64,000 nucleotides of DNA from Paraphysomonas bandaiensis. Its lineage: Eukaryota; Protista; Chrysophyceae. Under the pieces are notes generated by a model, which did no database searches, was not told where the DNA came from, and was given only the letters and a program-made list of their open reading frames with translations. The stretch is from the NCBI GenBank assembly GCA_965644295.1, contig CBFFRP010000414.1, positions 35,004 through 99,003 of the forward strand. The letters run 5' to 3'. Below are positions 13,841 to 27,037 of this stretch, piece by piece. The translations under genes and the position numbers were made by a program. Position 1 is the stretch's first letter. Every line of letters begins with the position of its first letter.

Positions 13841-14259
13841 ATGACTGCTAAAGCCAGTGACATTCCATTTGTCGGTTAGTCGATGCATTATATTCATATA
13901 TAGTCATATATAATTATTTAACAGGAAAACTACAGCATTCTCATGCAAGAGTAACTGCCAAACCGAATGTATTATACGACAAAGGTGGATCTGACTTCAG
14001 GACTCCTTGGCATACATCTAGTTTGGGTAAACAGCCTACAAGCTCGAAACATAATAATACTGCTCCAAGAGTGACACTAGGGAAAGCACCAAGATTCGGG
14101 AAATCTGATACTATTGGACCTGGTCCAAATATGGCACAGCCAAGTTCGTTCAAGAAGCAACTCGTATCTAATCGTAAAGCGGCACCAACTGCTCATTTCG
14201 GAACCAGTACAAGGGATGATGCCCTCAAGCAATATGCGATATATACAACAAAGAAGTGA
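13841..14259 (+). CDS. Small SHIPPO/ODF3-like PGP-repeat protein (probably flagellar)
   Basis: ATG at 13841 with one intron (~13875-13924) joins the ORF containing APRFG...TIGPGP...SSFKKQLVS.RKAAPTAHFGTSTRD. Confidence 0.6.
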
Positions 14260-14702
14260 GTGTTTTCTGTTTTGTGATTCACAGTAGTTTAGTTTTTGGG
14301 CGTACGGTTGTATATCATTGGTTGGTAATGTGTTAGTTCCACAAAGTATTTACTGTCAAATTAGTTTAGCGAAGTATCAACATAGCATAAAGGACTATGT
14401 AAACTGATTGCATTGTTACTGCACACGCAGCTCTGTCGATATTGTAGCTCGTATCGTCGAATTACACGTAGAAAGTGACATAACGAGTTATCATGTTATT
14501 CATAGGAGACAAGCACACTGGTATCGTTTGGGTTATCATCCTTCTTCCCTTAGACGTTGCTTATGAAAGGTTTACTAGTCATATATAACACTGACAAAAC
14601 GCTCAACTGCTCCATGAATAGCACAGACAAATAATAAATAGTTGTTGTTGTTGTTGCAAAATTAGCACAGTTAGTATACCGCGCTGGAAGCATAGTCAAG
14701 CA

Positions 14703-15199
14703 CCCCTCAACAAAGTCGGACTCGCACCTTTTCGTGGTGTTCTGGGGGAAAAGTACCGGAGATATTTCTCCGGGAAACTAACGTGAGCCGCAAACATAGT
14801 CAGCAGATATTCTTCTGCCCACTCATAGCCAAATGCTTGTGTGATACAAGGGCCACCAATAAGTGTCACTTGTGTAGACGTCTTCGGGCCCTGACGAATA
14901 AACAGGCATCCGGGAATGGGCCCACCTCAAGGGCATCCGGGACAGGGCCCACCTGAAGGGTAACCGGGGTATTGGGCTGCCTGCTGAAGTCAAGCATCCG
15001 GGGTGTTCACCTTAAGAACTCAGAGCGGAAGTGGTCGCACCTTGGTGCTTGCGGCGGCGCACAAGCAGCTTCCGTAGGATAAATAAGTGAGTACTGATTA
15101 GTCACAGGTAGAGGTCTAACTAGTTTGTCTAGCATTCATCTAGCTACTAAGTTGGTGCAGGTTTTTAACGCTTATTGCTAATAATAAGACTTTCAATAT
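14703..15199 (+). mobile_element. SINE-like retroposon, short form (copy 1), 11-bp TSD ATAGTCAAGCA
   Basis: The same 11-mer lies at 14692-14702 and 15200-15210. The head CCCTCAACAAAGTCGGACTCGCACC is shared with three other copies; the element ends GACTTTCAATAT. Confidence 0.8.
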
Positions 15200-15482
15200 A
15201 TAGTCAAGCATAATAAATGCAACTTCAACAGCATAGGAGCATGTACAATACCTTCATAGTTTTCAGTTGTTTCTATTAAAAATTACTTTCAATATTTCAA
15301 CGACCGTACCAATACTAATAATATTCCATAGAAATAATCACCTATCATAATGTTTTGTCCTAACTTATTGTATTATTATTTGACGTCGTAGCATTAAGTC
15401 GAGGTAATACCAAAATCTGGTAAAGCGATTTCACCAGGTTTCATATCTAAGTATTGAGTTATTATTTTACTGTAATTTTTAT

Positions 15483-15853
15483 CTGAGAGGTTAAAGATAA
15501 AGAAAAAGTCGCAAGTATAGTTGTTATTAGCAGTATTTATTGCGTTACAAGTTGGCCCTGTTACTTGTGTTTTGTAATAATATCATATATATTCTCATAT
15601 AGCTGCATTTGCCTCTCTTGAGATTGCGAACATTCCAACCGAGTAGCCTGATTTGGAATAGATTGCATACGCATATAGCTATCTTCACCACTACTACTTA
15701 CACTGATATTAGTAGCTATGCTCGGAGACGACGCGGCAGCAGCCGTTGGGGGCACATTACTGTAGTATGTGGATTATCATTATCACTGTAACGCAATAAA
15801 TATTGCTAATAACAACTATAATTGCAACTTTTTCTTTATCTTTAACCTCTCAG
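15483..15853. mobile_element. MITE-like element with ~67-bp terminal inverted repeats
   Basis: 15483-15549 is the reverse complement of 15787-15853 with 3 mismatches. Confidence 0.7.
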
Positions 15854-15934
15854 TTACAAATAAATAACAGTAGTAATCTACGGATACCGTGAGCAGTACT
15901 AAGTAAATGGCCTAAAATAAAATAGTATTATTAG

Positions 15935-16396
15935 ATAATATGAGAGGATTAACATATTTGGTAGAAACACAGTAGCTCTAACTGCAGAGGAGTCTTACTC
16001 TTGCGCAAATCAGTCATAGCAATCTTTGCTCTTCTGAATAATCTTTCAACCATTTTAGTTAAGGCATTCAAGTGCTTCATGCTGCGGTGTCAAGTTTTCT
16101 TGTTTAGGCATGCTCGTTTCCGGTGCCTGTTACCACCAACCAAACCTAATTTGATAATTTTCGTCCGGGTAATTGAGACTTCATCGCCACTTTAAAACTT
16201 CACGACTGCGCTTTTGAAAGCAGCATTATGAATAATTGTCGCCCAGATGCGCTCGACAATCGGGTGCCATGCTTTATGAGTTCGCCAAACACTGTACAAA
16301 CATCGTGGAGATCGAGCTGATGCTCACCTTCCTTCTGTAGGTCTCTCAGGTAACACCTTACGTTCTACATATTTTCCTTCGCACCACCACATCGCT
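15935..16396 (-). pseudogene. Relic of a hAT-like DNA transposase C-terminus, with frameshifts and stops
   Basis: Minus-strand translation gives LQKE..LDLHDVCTVFGELI, IIHNAAFKSAVVK and MVERLFRRAKIAMTDLRKSKTPLQLELLCF, resembling the ERLFS dimerisation motif of hAT-type transposases. Confidence 0.65.
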
Positions 16397-16408
16397 GATA
16401 ACCTTTCT

Positions 16409-16495
16409 CCCTCAACAAAGTCGGACTCGCACCTTTTCGTGGTGTTCTGGGGGATAAGTACCGGAGATATTTCTCCGGGAAACTAACGTGAGCCG
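16409..16495 (+). ncRNA. Putative HDV-like ribozyme at the SINE 5' end (also 14704-14790; variants at 26347 and 27791)
   Basis: P2 CGG(A)CTCGC/GTGAGCCG, P3 ACC/GGT, L3 TTTTCGT, GG after P1', P4 CCGGAGA-TATT-TCTCCGG, J4/2 CTAAC. P1 is imperfect. Confidence 0.45.
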
Positions 16496-17633
16496 CAAAC
16501 ATAGTCAGCAGATATTCTTCTGCCCACTCATAGCCAAATGCTTGTGTGATACAAGGGCCACCAATAAGTGTCACTTGTGTATAGACGTCTTTGGGTCCTG
16601 ACGAATAAACAGGCATCCGGGAATGGGCCCACCTCAAGGGCATCCGGGACAGGGCCCACCAGAAGGGTAACCGGGGTATTGGACTGCCTGCTGAAGTCAA
16701 GCATCCGGGATGTTCACCTTCAGAACTCAAAAAACATGAAGTCAGCAGATGTCAGCTATATCAACATTCTGCTTGCTCCCTGCGTTTGCTTTGAGTGATT
16801 GATGCTGAGTATGAGTTCACATTATATTCGGTATCTGTGTGGCCAATGACCGACGTAATGCGTCAAACTTTTCTCATGGATGCATGGCAATGGCAATGAT
16901 GTGATTAGACCTGTCAAGTCTTTTCTCACACGTCTACTGCCTAGTCTTGGTTTCTCCTGACCCAGGTCATTGAGATTATATCAAGGCTCTGGCACTCTTC
17001 TCCAAGCAGTGTCAGGTACATTTGTGGTGCTTTTATGATATTCTTGCTTATAGTAGAGGTTTTCATCCGAGCGGGGAAGGTGCACGGTTTCCTACTAGCG
17101 TAAGTCACTCGGGAGAAGAGTGAGTGCAAGGTGGATGCATGTGCTGGACGAGTGCACACAATGGAGGGAAGACATTGGAGTCAGCTTGAATTTGTAACAG
17201 ATTTTGGTAGATGTCTGTTTCATGCGTCAGTGTGCAAAATTGCACCAGACCGCTTCGTGACCGTGAGAAGACCCGGCGCTAGAGCTACTCTACTCTCCCC
17301 TCCAGACTATCTGCAGCTGTGAACACCACCTTTTAAAGAGGGCCCTAAAGATCTGCCGCATGTACAGGAGACATATGCCGAAGACATCGACCGCAAGTTG
17401 TTTGTGTTAGGACAAGTAGATTGGGCAGGGGCGTAGTATGATCCGGCTTAAACACGCAACTTGTCGTATGCCCATGTAGCTAACTAAGTTGTGTTGTATA
17501 GTTGAGCACTTGTCGGTGCATGCAAGAGTAACTAGATGAGAGTCCTGTTATGCATAGTGTCGCGCAAGTTGTTAGGTCAGTCGCGGCAATGCACAAGCTT
17601 GTTGCGCTTCTTAATAATCTGACATTCAATATA
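16409..17633 (+). mobile_element. SINE-like retroposon, long form (copy 2), 12-bp TSD GATAACCTTTCT
   Basis: TSD at 16397-16408 and 17634-17645. Colinear with 27791-28973. Ends GACATTCAATATA. Confidence 0.85.
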
Positions 17634-18469
17634 GATAACCTTTCTCTTTCCAGCCACCATGTTTGATATCCCTTCCTTCACCTTTGCCAAGTCTCTAATG
17701 CAACGCCTTTTGTTGCTTTCATTTATTTTCTCGAAGAACACTCAAGCAATGACTTCTGGGACCAATTATCGATCTTATTGCAAAAAATATAATTTTAGAA
17801 CAACTTGCCAGCAGTACAAAATTTTGGTGGTATTTTTGATAAATTAATTGAAGCAAGCTGAGTCAACTATAATTGCAATTATGATTTGCGGTCCCAATTT
17901 CAATTATTGACAACTTTTTGATACGCAGCTCTGGTGGCATGGGTTTCAAACCGGAATTCTTCATGAGCTTTTCGAATTTTCAATTTTGAATAGTATTGTA
18001 ACTACGTATAATGTATTATAATAACAATATATGTATCAAACAAAAAGCCTTAAGTATTTATATCTATTATAATAATTATTAATCTAGCTACCGTCATTCA
18101 CAGCATTGTATAGTTTGTTTACCATTCAAATCCCATTTTCCATATAAAATCTAACAGGCTACAAAATAAAAAAGGAGCAATAAGCATATATCATCTATAT
18201 CGATAGGACCAAAACTACCCATATCGTTTTATGTCACACATAAGTATACACAAAGGTCTTATAAATAAGGAGAACCATATATAGCTGGTTATTACAATGA
18301 CAATAAAAAAACATTTATCTGAATTTATCAACAACTATCTGACTACAGAAATACAATCATAGCAAGGATATGCAGAGTATCCCATACAGAAAATGGTTTT
18401 ATCGCGATACACTAAACAGTCCAGTTGACATATCACAGTTGAATGAACATATACATACGATTTAAACTA

Positions 18470-21400
18470 CTACTCGTCTTCCACAACATGTGCACCTAAA
18501 TTGTCATCCGTAACACAAGGAGATGACACAATACTAAGCACATCGGCAATTCTAGAGCTCTTCTCGCTGCTTGAACTATTGTCATCAGATATTTCCTCAT
18601 CAATAGCAAATGGGGTAGCAGCTGAGAACTTGCGTGTACCTTCGATGGGGTCTTCTGACTTACCCGGGGAGGTCCCCATATTCCCTTTACCCGTATCCAT
18701 CCAACTAGTAGGAGAGTTACAGGATCCAAAACTTTCCAATCCATGCTTCTCTTCACCGGTAGATTCAAGAGACAAGTCCGACGAGGACTTGTGCATATGC
18801 TGTATGAAACTCGCTCCCAACTTAGTAACACAGGAGTTTCTCCTCAAGCCTCTACGCATAGAAGCTCTTCTATTGCTGGAACCTGAGTCTGTGGATGATC
18901 TACGTGCTCTACGATCATCAGTCTGTACATTAGTCGGACTCGCCGGACCATTATATACAGATAACTTTTTGCTGCCAGCACTCTTCAACGGAGACTGGAG
19001 CAAATGGCGCATGCTAGCTGCAATTCCCATTCGTGGGCGAGACTGCTTGAAGCTTCTATTCTCATTGTAAGAGGCCAGTATATCTCGCCGTCTCTACAAT
19101 AAAGTGCACCAAATAAATACATGAACCGTGTACACGTACGCTTCCCATTACCTGGAGGTCTTCTGTCACTGCGTCGTCCGGGAATATAATTCTATTGAGG
19201 TCACGAATCGACAGCACGCCACTCTTATCCACATCCACTTGATGAAATAGTTTTCGATATTTCTCATCACTGCAGAAAAAATACTTAGTTGGAGATGGAT
19301 GTAACAACATTCAAACCTGTAGTGTAATTGAAGAGCTCTGAGCATATCACGGAACTCCGCCTTACTTATGGATCCACTCAAGTCGGTGTCGATTTCGTTG
19401 AATAGGCACCGTAGAACCTTTATTTTGAAGTAGGTAAGCCACTACATTCATTATGTCTTCCCTCACCTGTTTCTGATCACCCACTGCCCCACGGATTCTG
19501 CGGAGAACTTTCTCCCGGAGTTCTTTGCAGAGATTTTCTTTCTCTTCCTCATCCTCAACAATTGTGCCTGTATAACGATGAGCGTGAAAAGCGCACAACA
19601 TTTAGTACACGGAATTCAAACCGTACCAATAACGTCAACATCCAGCTCCGCGATCGCAGAAATCAGTGATGCAATCTTGACGATCTCGCCAATCAGAGGT
19701 ATTACCAATACCAATGGAACCAGCCTGAATACATGTATCACAACGAAAACTCCAACTGATCATATACACATAGAGATACTGACATGAGAATCTGCCACAC
19801 CCATGAGTGTGCCAGTGCTCTCTCAACAGCGGTGGCAAAGTTAGAGACCCAGAGTGATAGGTAAAGGGAGTTCAGCATAATCGCAATCTCCACCGTTCTG
19901 TATGAACAAAATTATTCCCAATCGTGAAGAAGATGTATATATATATTTTCAATTCACCTGAAAAACAGTTCTGGACTATCAAAGAGGAAAATAGAGCTGA
20001 AATCTTCACTCAATTTTACGTCCGCATCCTCTGTAGACACCTCATTGTTCTGTACGCGTTTAAAAAAAGACATGCCGAAATTCGTCTTCGGGGTATTACC
20101 CAACCTCCCAGCGCCCCCGATCATAGCGGATTCATTGGACTTAAGAGTGCTTTTTCTTACTTTCTTTACCATCGATCCAATTGCAGCTGATAAAGACGAC
20201 CGTCGCCCTCTTCCCGCAGGCTTCACTGATCCACTCGGAGTATCCGTTAATGCTTGATCCTCAGAACTAGGAAAAAACGAACGGGACTGAGACTCAGAAT
20301 TATCTTCTCGGGGATATTCATTGCTATCAAAAGAAGGGCGCAAAATGAGTTGTCGATGATTGCGTCGGCTTGTGACACTCGGAGACTGAACGGCCACAGC
20401 TGGAACTGGGGATACTAAAGTATACACATAAAACCGTTTAAACAACTTGATAAAACCTATCATACCTTTTGGCTTTTGCTTAGAACCGCCAATCCATATC
20501 TTTAATTTCACTTTTTTCATTCCCTGCTGCAAGCCTCTGAACGACTATGCAACATACATACCCACAGTAAAAACACATAAGACACGCAGTGGGCTTGTCC
20601 CCGTATCTAGAACGATGAATTTTCAAAGTGATGCTTACCTGGCTAAAACCGCCACCCTTTACAGAAAGATTTTTTTTGGCTGGTGACATGCAATTGGAAT
20701 AAATCACGGAAAATGTTGCACCAGACATGCTTACGTTTACTGGTGCCAAAATGCTTTATAATGTTCTTCCTCTTTTCTTTCTGTCGGTTAGGCATCTTTA
20801 CTTCGACTAGCCTCTCTTCATCAGCCTTCACAAACACGTAATGCTCAAAATAATATATTCATATAATATATTACGGAATCGACCTTGAGGTGATTGGCTT
20901 CCACAAAGCTGAGGAAGTCCTCGTAGTCATCTGTACATACCACTCCAGCCCTCGCCATTAGCCTATCACAAAATTCGTTACCACATTTGCGACAAACTGC
21001 AAGCAGCTGATACTTACTGCTCTTCGTAGAACTTTCCCATGAAATATAGAGTCAATACGTAGGCACATATGAATATTCCACTAGCAAAGAAAAGATTCAA
21101 GTGCTGCCTGGTGCATTTGTCTGAAACCTCCCGTAGTTGTCTTCCGGTATACGAATAGTCGTTGGTCCAGGGGGAATCTCCATTGAATTGGTAAGACGAT
21201 GAAATCTCTGAGTCTGCAGTATAGATATGGCTGATTTTCTCGCACGACACGTAGCAGGACACTCACCTTGTTCTTTTTCGTCAACATATTTAAACCCTTC
21301 ACAGTTGCCAAACTCGTTGCCAAGGAAATTCATGCGTATGTAGTTCACTCCACACAGTATAATCATGACAACCCAGCTGGAGTTCTCCACGTTAATCAGT

Positions 21401-21987
21401 TTTAGCGAATAGCGTGCAAGACACCCGCTTAGATAGGCGCCATAATCGAAGTCTCCCGGTAACCAATACGTATTCCGAAAGAGTGCGTATATGATCTTGA
21501 ACTCGACGATATGACGCTTGGGTGAGAGCGGTAAATAGCGCAATGTAAACAGGTACCAACCAATCCAGGTCTCTTGTGCCCGTCCACATATCTCTAACGT
21601 GTCCGCAAGAGACATAGAATGCAGTCGAGAATAAGTATTTGACGTCATCATTGAAACAGCCATTATATAGAGAGAATGCGCCACTATAAATATTGCAACA
21701 AAGAAAAGAACGTACCCCACAAAGTCTATTGCCATAAACCAGGAATCTGTTGAACTAGGATGTTTTGTCGCTTGATACATTGCAACAGCGAATGAAACAA
21801 ACCCCATAATCATAAGTTCTTTATATATTTTTTGAAGCATTTGATTGTATATGGTGGAACCTTTCAATGCTGCTTCAGCTAATCGAGTTAAATTTTCAAA
21901 TGTAACAAGAAATAAAATTGTTCCAACAAATGCAATTGATGCAACATCACCATCAACTTTACTTAATATACCAAATTTGAATGGCAT
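18470..21987 (-). CDS. MLO-like multi-TM protein with a C-terminal EF-hand pair
   Basis: LQKIYKELMIMGFVSF and DFDYGAYL resemble the MLO motifs KEELMLLGFISL and FDFxxY. EF-hand loops are DTDLSGSISKAE and DVDKSGVLSIRD. Multi-exon. Confidence 0.75.
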
Positions 21988-22606
21988 TTTAATATAAAGT
22001 TACAATGAGATGGCTCGCTATATAGTCATACGTCTGTTCAAGATACTCTCATTATAAGTGATGATAAGAGGAATTAACATTGATGAAGTATCAGTATGTT
22101 TGACTTGAACCATTAGTTCTCTACTGATCATAAGGATGGTCTGTAATTCGTACTCTACCATATATATATATGTCTCTATATCGTCACATGAACGTTCTAG
22201 TAGTGTGGACATGTGGAGATCGTATGTACAGACAGCACTGTGAGATCTACACACACTGCAACACCATTCAAATGAAACTGTCAAGAAGGGAAAGAGAAAA
22301 ATCAAAATTTCGTTTTTTTTAATGTTTACAATTTTTATTGTTAGATATGAAAGTATACGTTTAATGGATATAAAAAAATGTAATTTTGTCAATATAAAGT
22401 TGTAATTTAGAAAAAAAAATATCCGGAATTCCCTTTTTATTTTCCCATCAGTATACCGTACACAGTATACTCTGTATATACTGCTGTATTAACAAACAGA
22501 GTACGATATCGTAGTGCACAGTATACGATTATATCGGTGCATATTCTAGACATACACTGCAGTGTGGGAGTATATAAACACCATACCATACACTCCATAC
22601 TCTAGC

Positions 22607-22725
22607 TATGCAGCCCCACTATACTCTACCATATACAGCCCCACTATACTCTACCATATACAGCCCCACTATACTCTACCATATACAGCCCCACTATACT
22701 ATACCATATACAGGCCTATATACAG
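22607..22725. repeat. 25-bp minisatellite (CAGCCCCACTATACTCTACCATATA), ~4 copies
   Basis: Direct inspection. Confidence 0.9.
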
Positions 22726-22956
22726 GCCCTCTCTATACAGCAGGCCTCATAGCAGTACAGTACGGCAGTACAGCATCTGGCTGCAGCATGAAAATATTGG
22801 AGGCTCCGACCTGCCCCATAAAGATCATACATACATACATTCTCTCATCATCCCTCTCGACATCAACACTTCTCATGTATGTTATACTATAAATAACTCC
22901 CTGATATCACTCTTCTTTCCCCTCTATCTCATATATAAATATACACATAGATCTCA

Positions 22957-25923
22957 ATGAATCCAATAGACACACCATCCAACCCATCAACCAACTCATC
23001 CAACCCATCAACCAACTCATCAACCAACTCATCCAACCCATCAATCAACTCATCAACCAACTCATCCAACCCATCAACCAACTCATCCAACCCATCAACC
23101 AACTCATCCAATCCATCCAATCCAATGGAAACATTATCAATTAGTCATCAAAATAAAATACAAAAACTTGTAATGAAACTTTATTGTTTACCATACTGTG
23201 CAGAGTTTCGTGAACCCGTACAAATCATGTACCCTCATCTCCTCGAGCCTTATCTCGAGGTCATTAAGACTCCAATGGATCTTGGTTCAATCTTATTAAA
23301 AATTAAACAAAATAAATATAAAACATTAACAGAATGTTCTAAAGATATTTCACTTGTATTTAATAATGCCATATTATTTAATGGTGATCTTTCGAATTTA
23401 GTTTCAATGTCAAAACATCTTCTTGCGTTTACTCGAAGTCTTTGGCATGAAGTTATGCGTATTCCATTCGATGAATCTTCTGAAACCAATTCCAATTTTA
23501 ATGAGATGATGATGATGGAAAGGAAGGCAAACTATTCGTTTGTGAGAAATAGGAACATGAATATTGAGGAAATTCAGTTCTTGCAGAAGTCTGTTGAGTC
23601 CGAGTTGGAATCAAATGGTGTGTTTTCGAAATGCGTAGAAGCCACTCTAGGATACTGCCAAGAGTCCAACGCAGTAACTCTTGCCAAGATCATGAATGTT
23701 TGGGTGTCAGAACTCTGTGATGCTTATCCTATGCCTGACTCTGATTCTAATCCAGACGAAATCAGCAAATCTGTAACGTATCCCACGATAGTGTTTCTGG
23801 ACTCAGAACTTTCATCGCGGGCGTTTTCTCCATCTCGTATAGAATATATTTATCGCCAACTTTCCTCAGAAAAGTTGGCAACGCTTGAAGCACTTGACAG
23901 TATTGTGGGCGAGTTAAGCGTTGTATTGTACGAAAAGGCGACTCGGGGATTCAGCATTAGTTCCATATGGGCACAGCCGCACGATGTTGTCTGGGCGCAG
24001 CCGTTCAAGTCTCCATGGTGGCCAGGTATGGTGTTAGCGGGAGGAACCGTACCCAAACCGATAGAGGACGTCAATATATCTCGTCTACCGGATCAGATTG
24101 TTAGGGCGCTGTCTAAATTGAAACCGAAAACTAGGGAGAACCTCAACAGTACTAGCTTTGTGCCGGCTGGCATGGTTCTTGTCGAGTTTTTTGGATCGCA
24201 CGACTTTGGGTGGGTCCGGTGTGACGCACTGTTCCCCCTTCCTCCGGATGCCTCACTCTCTGTCCCTCCTTCCATGAAGGAGAAGAGGGAAGGTCTTGGG
24301 GGTGAGAAGAGTACACATGACGGGTCTGCACTCCGGGAGGCGAGAGAAGGGTATGTTGTGATGCAGGAGGAGGATGGAATTCCAACATCTCTAAGTGATA
24401 CACCGCCTCCTGACTTCCTTGATGTGCTGGAGAGAAAGCAGGAGAGTCTCCAGCTTCTCATGGTGTCTCGTCAGCAGTCCCAAACAGCTCCGAAGAAGCG
24501 AAGGAAGAGTTTAGCTTCGTCAGGAGAAGAAGGAAGTCAGCCCAATAAAAAAACGAAAAAGGTGGATTTAGATGAGGAGCAGGAGAATATCAGCTGGGCG
24601 TCTGATACAGCAGGGAGAAAACTGTTCAAATCACATTCGGGCAATTCTGTGTACGTATTTTATGTCATGTCTTGTTACTCGCATGAAGTGGATAGTCTAT
24701 AGTAATATGCACGTGAAATCCACTTCGGTAATTTGCTCACTCGTCACGTCAACAGGTCGGAGAACAAAAAACAAGCAGCCGTAATTGAAGCCAGAAGAAT
24801 GGCTATACAGTTTCAACTGTACCGCTTAGTTGTTCCAGCGCCGATGTATCGTGGGAGGCCTAGTAGTGATTCTCTATTGCACCGTTCAAATTCGGATAGT
24901 ACTCTACCGATGGACCCACCAACTGACCCACCCATACTGCTTACTACCTCTATTGAAGGCAGCAGCTATGAAGAGGAGAGTGCTGAAGGTGGGGATGAGA
25001 ATAGTGCCTCCAACATGTCCACTTGTGACGACGAAGTTGCCCCGGGTGGCTCTGTATCGAACAAGAAACGCCGTAGGCGCAGGCGTGGATGTAGCAACAG
25101 TGATGTACACTCTTTCAGTGCACTATCTGCTCAGGAACAGGTGATGAGCGTATTCTTCGTGTAAAATGGCACAGCGTATTTATACTGTGTATCCGCTTCA
25201 TGTATGAATGAGATAGTCCATCAACCTCTATTCTGCTGGGGTGTACTACTTATTATGCCTCTTTCGTGAATGTCTGTTATTTGTGTTTGTCTTCCTCTGC
25301 AGAGTCTGTCGGCCTTCTATGGATGCGCCCGACTGGTGAACCACAAGCGAGGGAAGAGCACAACTTGCCCGGTATTACATTCTCGAGATGTTAATCCTAA
25401 TGCGGTAGTGTTTTGTTTGGAGTCCCGGTCTTGTAAAGAGAGAAAGGAGTTACTGCGCCAGGAGCTAGCCAGGTCCTTCCTTCATATGTTTGATTTCATA
25501 ACTTGATCCAAAATTCTTTTTTGTAGGCTGACGAGGGAACTCGATAGTATGAAAGCTCTTCTAGCTAAAGCGCCTAACCCTTCTCCAAGCAAGGGTGGTT
25601 CCAAGAGTTCGCGGATCCGCAAGATGAAGAAAGCGAATGCCGATAAATCCATCCCCGGTACTGCTACGGCTCATGGGAAAGCGAGAAATAGAACGCCAAA
25701 GCTCAGTGGGGGTGCTGGTGGTAGCAAGAAGCCAAACAGTGCGGTGGTGAGTCTGTCCCTTCTTGAGTTATGGTACCTTATATCTTACACACAGACTCCG
25801 AAGTCACCACCGGCGGTGGTGGAGGCAGCGAAGCAGAAGGACCAACCGGAAGAAACCACACAATCCAGTTCTTCCCTTTCAGATTCCTATACCTCAGCCA
25901 TGAGTATGATGCCTTTTCTGTAA
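22957..25923 (+). CDS. Bromodomain + PWWP chromatin reader, multi-exon, with N-terminal (NSSNPST)n repeats
   Basis: FREPV...YLEVIKTPMDLGSI...LVFNNAILFN (bromodomain); VVWAQPFKSPWWPGMV and LVEFFGSHDFGWV (PWWP). Confidence 0.88.
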
Positions 25924-26346
25924 CGAAAGTATCCAGCGAGCAATTATAATGTATGTATCATGCAGTGCCAGCTTTGTGTGCCGTGGACGATGCAAGTTGG
26001 TAAATAAAAATTCTTATTGTTGTGTTAATTGTCACATGATGTTGTATTATCTACCGTGTAGAGGCTATTTATTGCAGTCAGTATTGCACACTATTTGTAC
26101 TGTACGTAATGCAAGCGATACAAACATTCCTGACCTGTAAGGAATATGAATTTATTGAAACTTATTAGTAAAAACATATCTGCTTTGCTACTACATCAAT
26201 TAATTAGAACAGCAAACTCAAGATATTAGATCAGAAGTTAACATTGTTCTACACCCCATACTTACTTCCACTAACTTTCTTTCTTGCACGCGATGTACTT
26301 TAAAAAGAAGTATAATATTCATGTAACATCTGTTTACTCTCCTTTA

Positions 26347-26605
26347 CCCTTAACTCAAAGTCGGACTCGCACCTATTCGTGGTGTTCTGGGGGATAAGCA
26401 CATAAGTACCGGAAATATTTCTCCGGGAAATTAACGAGAGCCGCATAAAAAGTCAGCGGATAACGTTCTACCCGCTCATAGCCACATGTTTGTGTGATAC
26501 AAGGGACACTAATACAAGTGTCACTTGTGTATAGACGTCTTTGAGTGGTAGAACAAAAGTGGATGCACCTTGGTGCTTGCAGTGATGCACAAGCAGCTTT
26601 CGTAA
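26347..26605 (+). mobile_element. SINE-like retroposon, degenerate and internally deleted (copy 3)
   Basis: Same head, plus the short-form 3' motif GCACCTTGGTGCTTGC...GCACAAGCAGC. No TSD found. Confidence 0.7.
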
Positions 26606-26616
26606 TAGGATATAAT

Positions 26617-26803
26617 ATATGGGATTAATGGGTGAAGATGATGTAAGAAAAACAGAAGTAAAGAAAATTATCAGAGTTAAGCACTAGTTTTAGTCAAATT
26701 TTAATGCTAAATTATTTCTGACTCTTAAAAGTCTATTATTACTATAATAATATATTTCTTTACTTCTGTTTCTTACATATTATCTTCTCCCTTTAATCCC
26801 ATA
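26617..26803. repeat. Inverted repeat / MITE-like foldback with ~55-bp arms
   Basis: ATATGGGATTAA...ACAGAAGTAAAGAAA has its reverse complement at ~26754-26803. Confidence 0.7.
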
Positions 26804-26954
26804 TCAATTATATTATTATATTTTATCTGATATATATTCTATATCGACACACATCAGTAACCAAATTTACTTATTTTTTGTTACTATTACGGGTTGCTTC
26901 TTTCCTTTAATGCATACTATTACTTATTAATAAACATGAACTCACTTCAATTTT

Positions 26955-27037
26955 TCATAATATTTATATAATAATATAATATCATTACTATCATAATATT
27001 TATATAATAATATAATATCATTATTATCATAATATTT
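26955..27037. repeat. AT-rich 36-bp tandem repeat, ~2.3 copies
   Basis: TCATAATATTTATATAATAATATAATATCATTA(C/T)TA repeated. Confidence 0.8.

Noticed and set aside
14888-14910. Hammerhead ribozyme core (CTGACGA)
   Set aside because: No stem II or GAAA follows, and the motif is missing in copy 4.
15025-15080. tracrRNA/omegaRNA-like or Helitron 3' end (AAGTGG..GCACCTTGGTGC...CGTAG)
   Set aside because: Homology continues ~120 bp past it to a tail with a TSD, and no Fanzor/TnpB or Rep-helicase ORF is present in the window.
16365-16730. 121-aa ORF and other ORFs inside the SINE copies
   Set aside because: Frames are not conserved between copies and no domain is recognisable.
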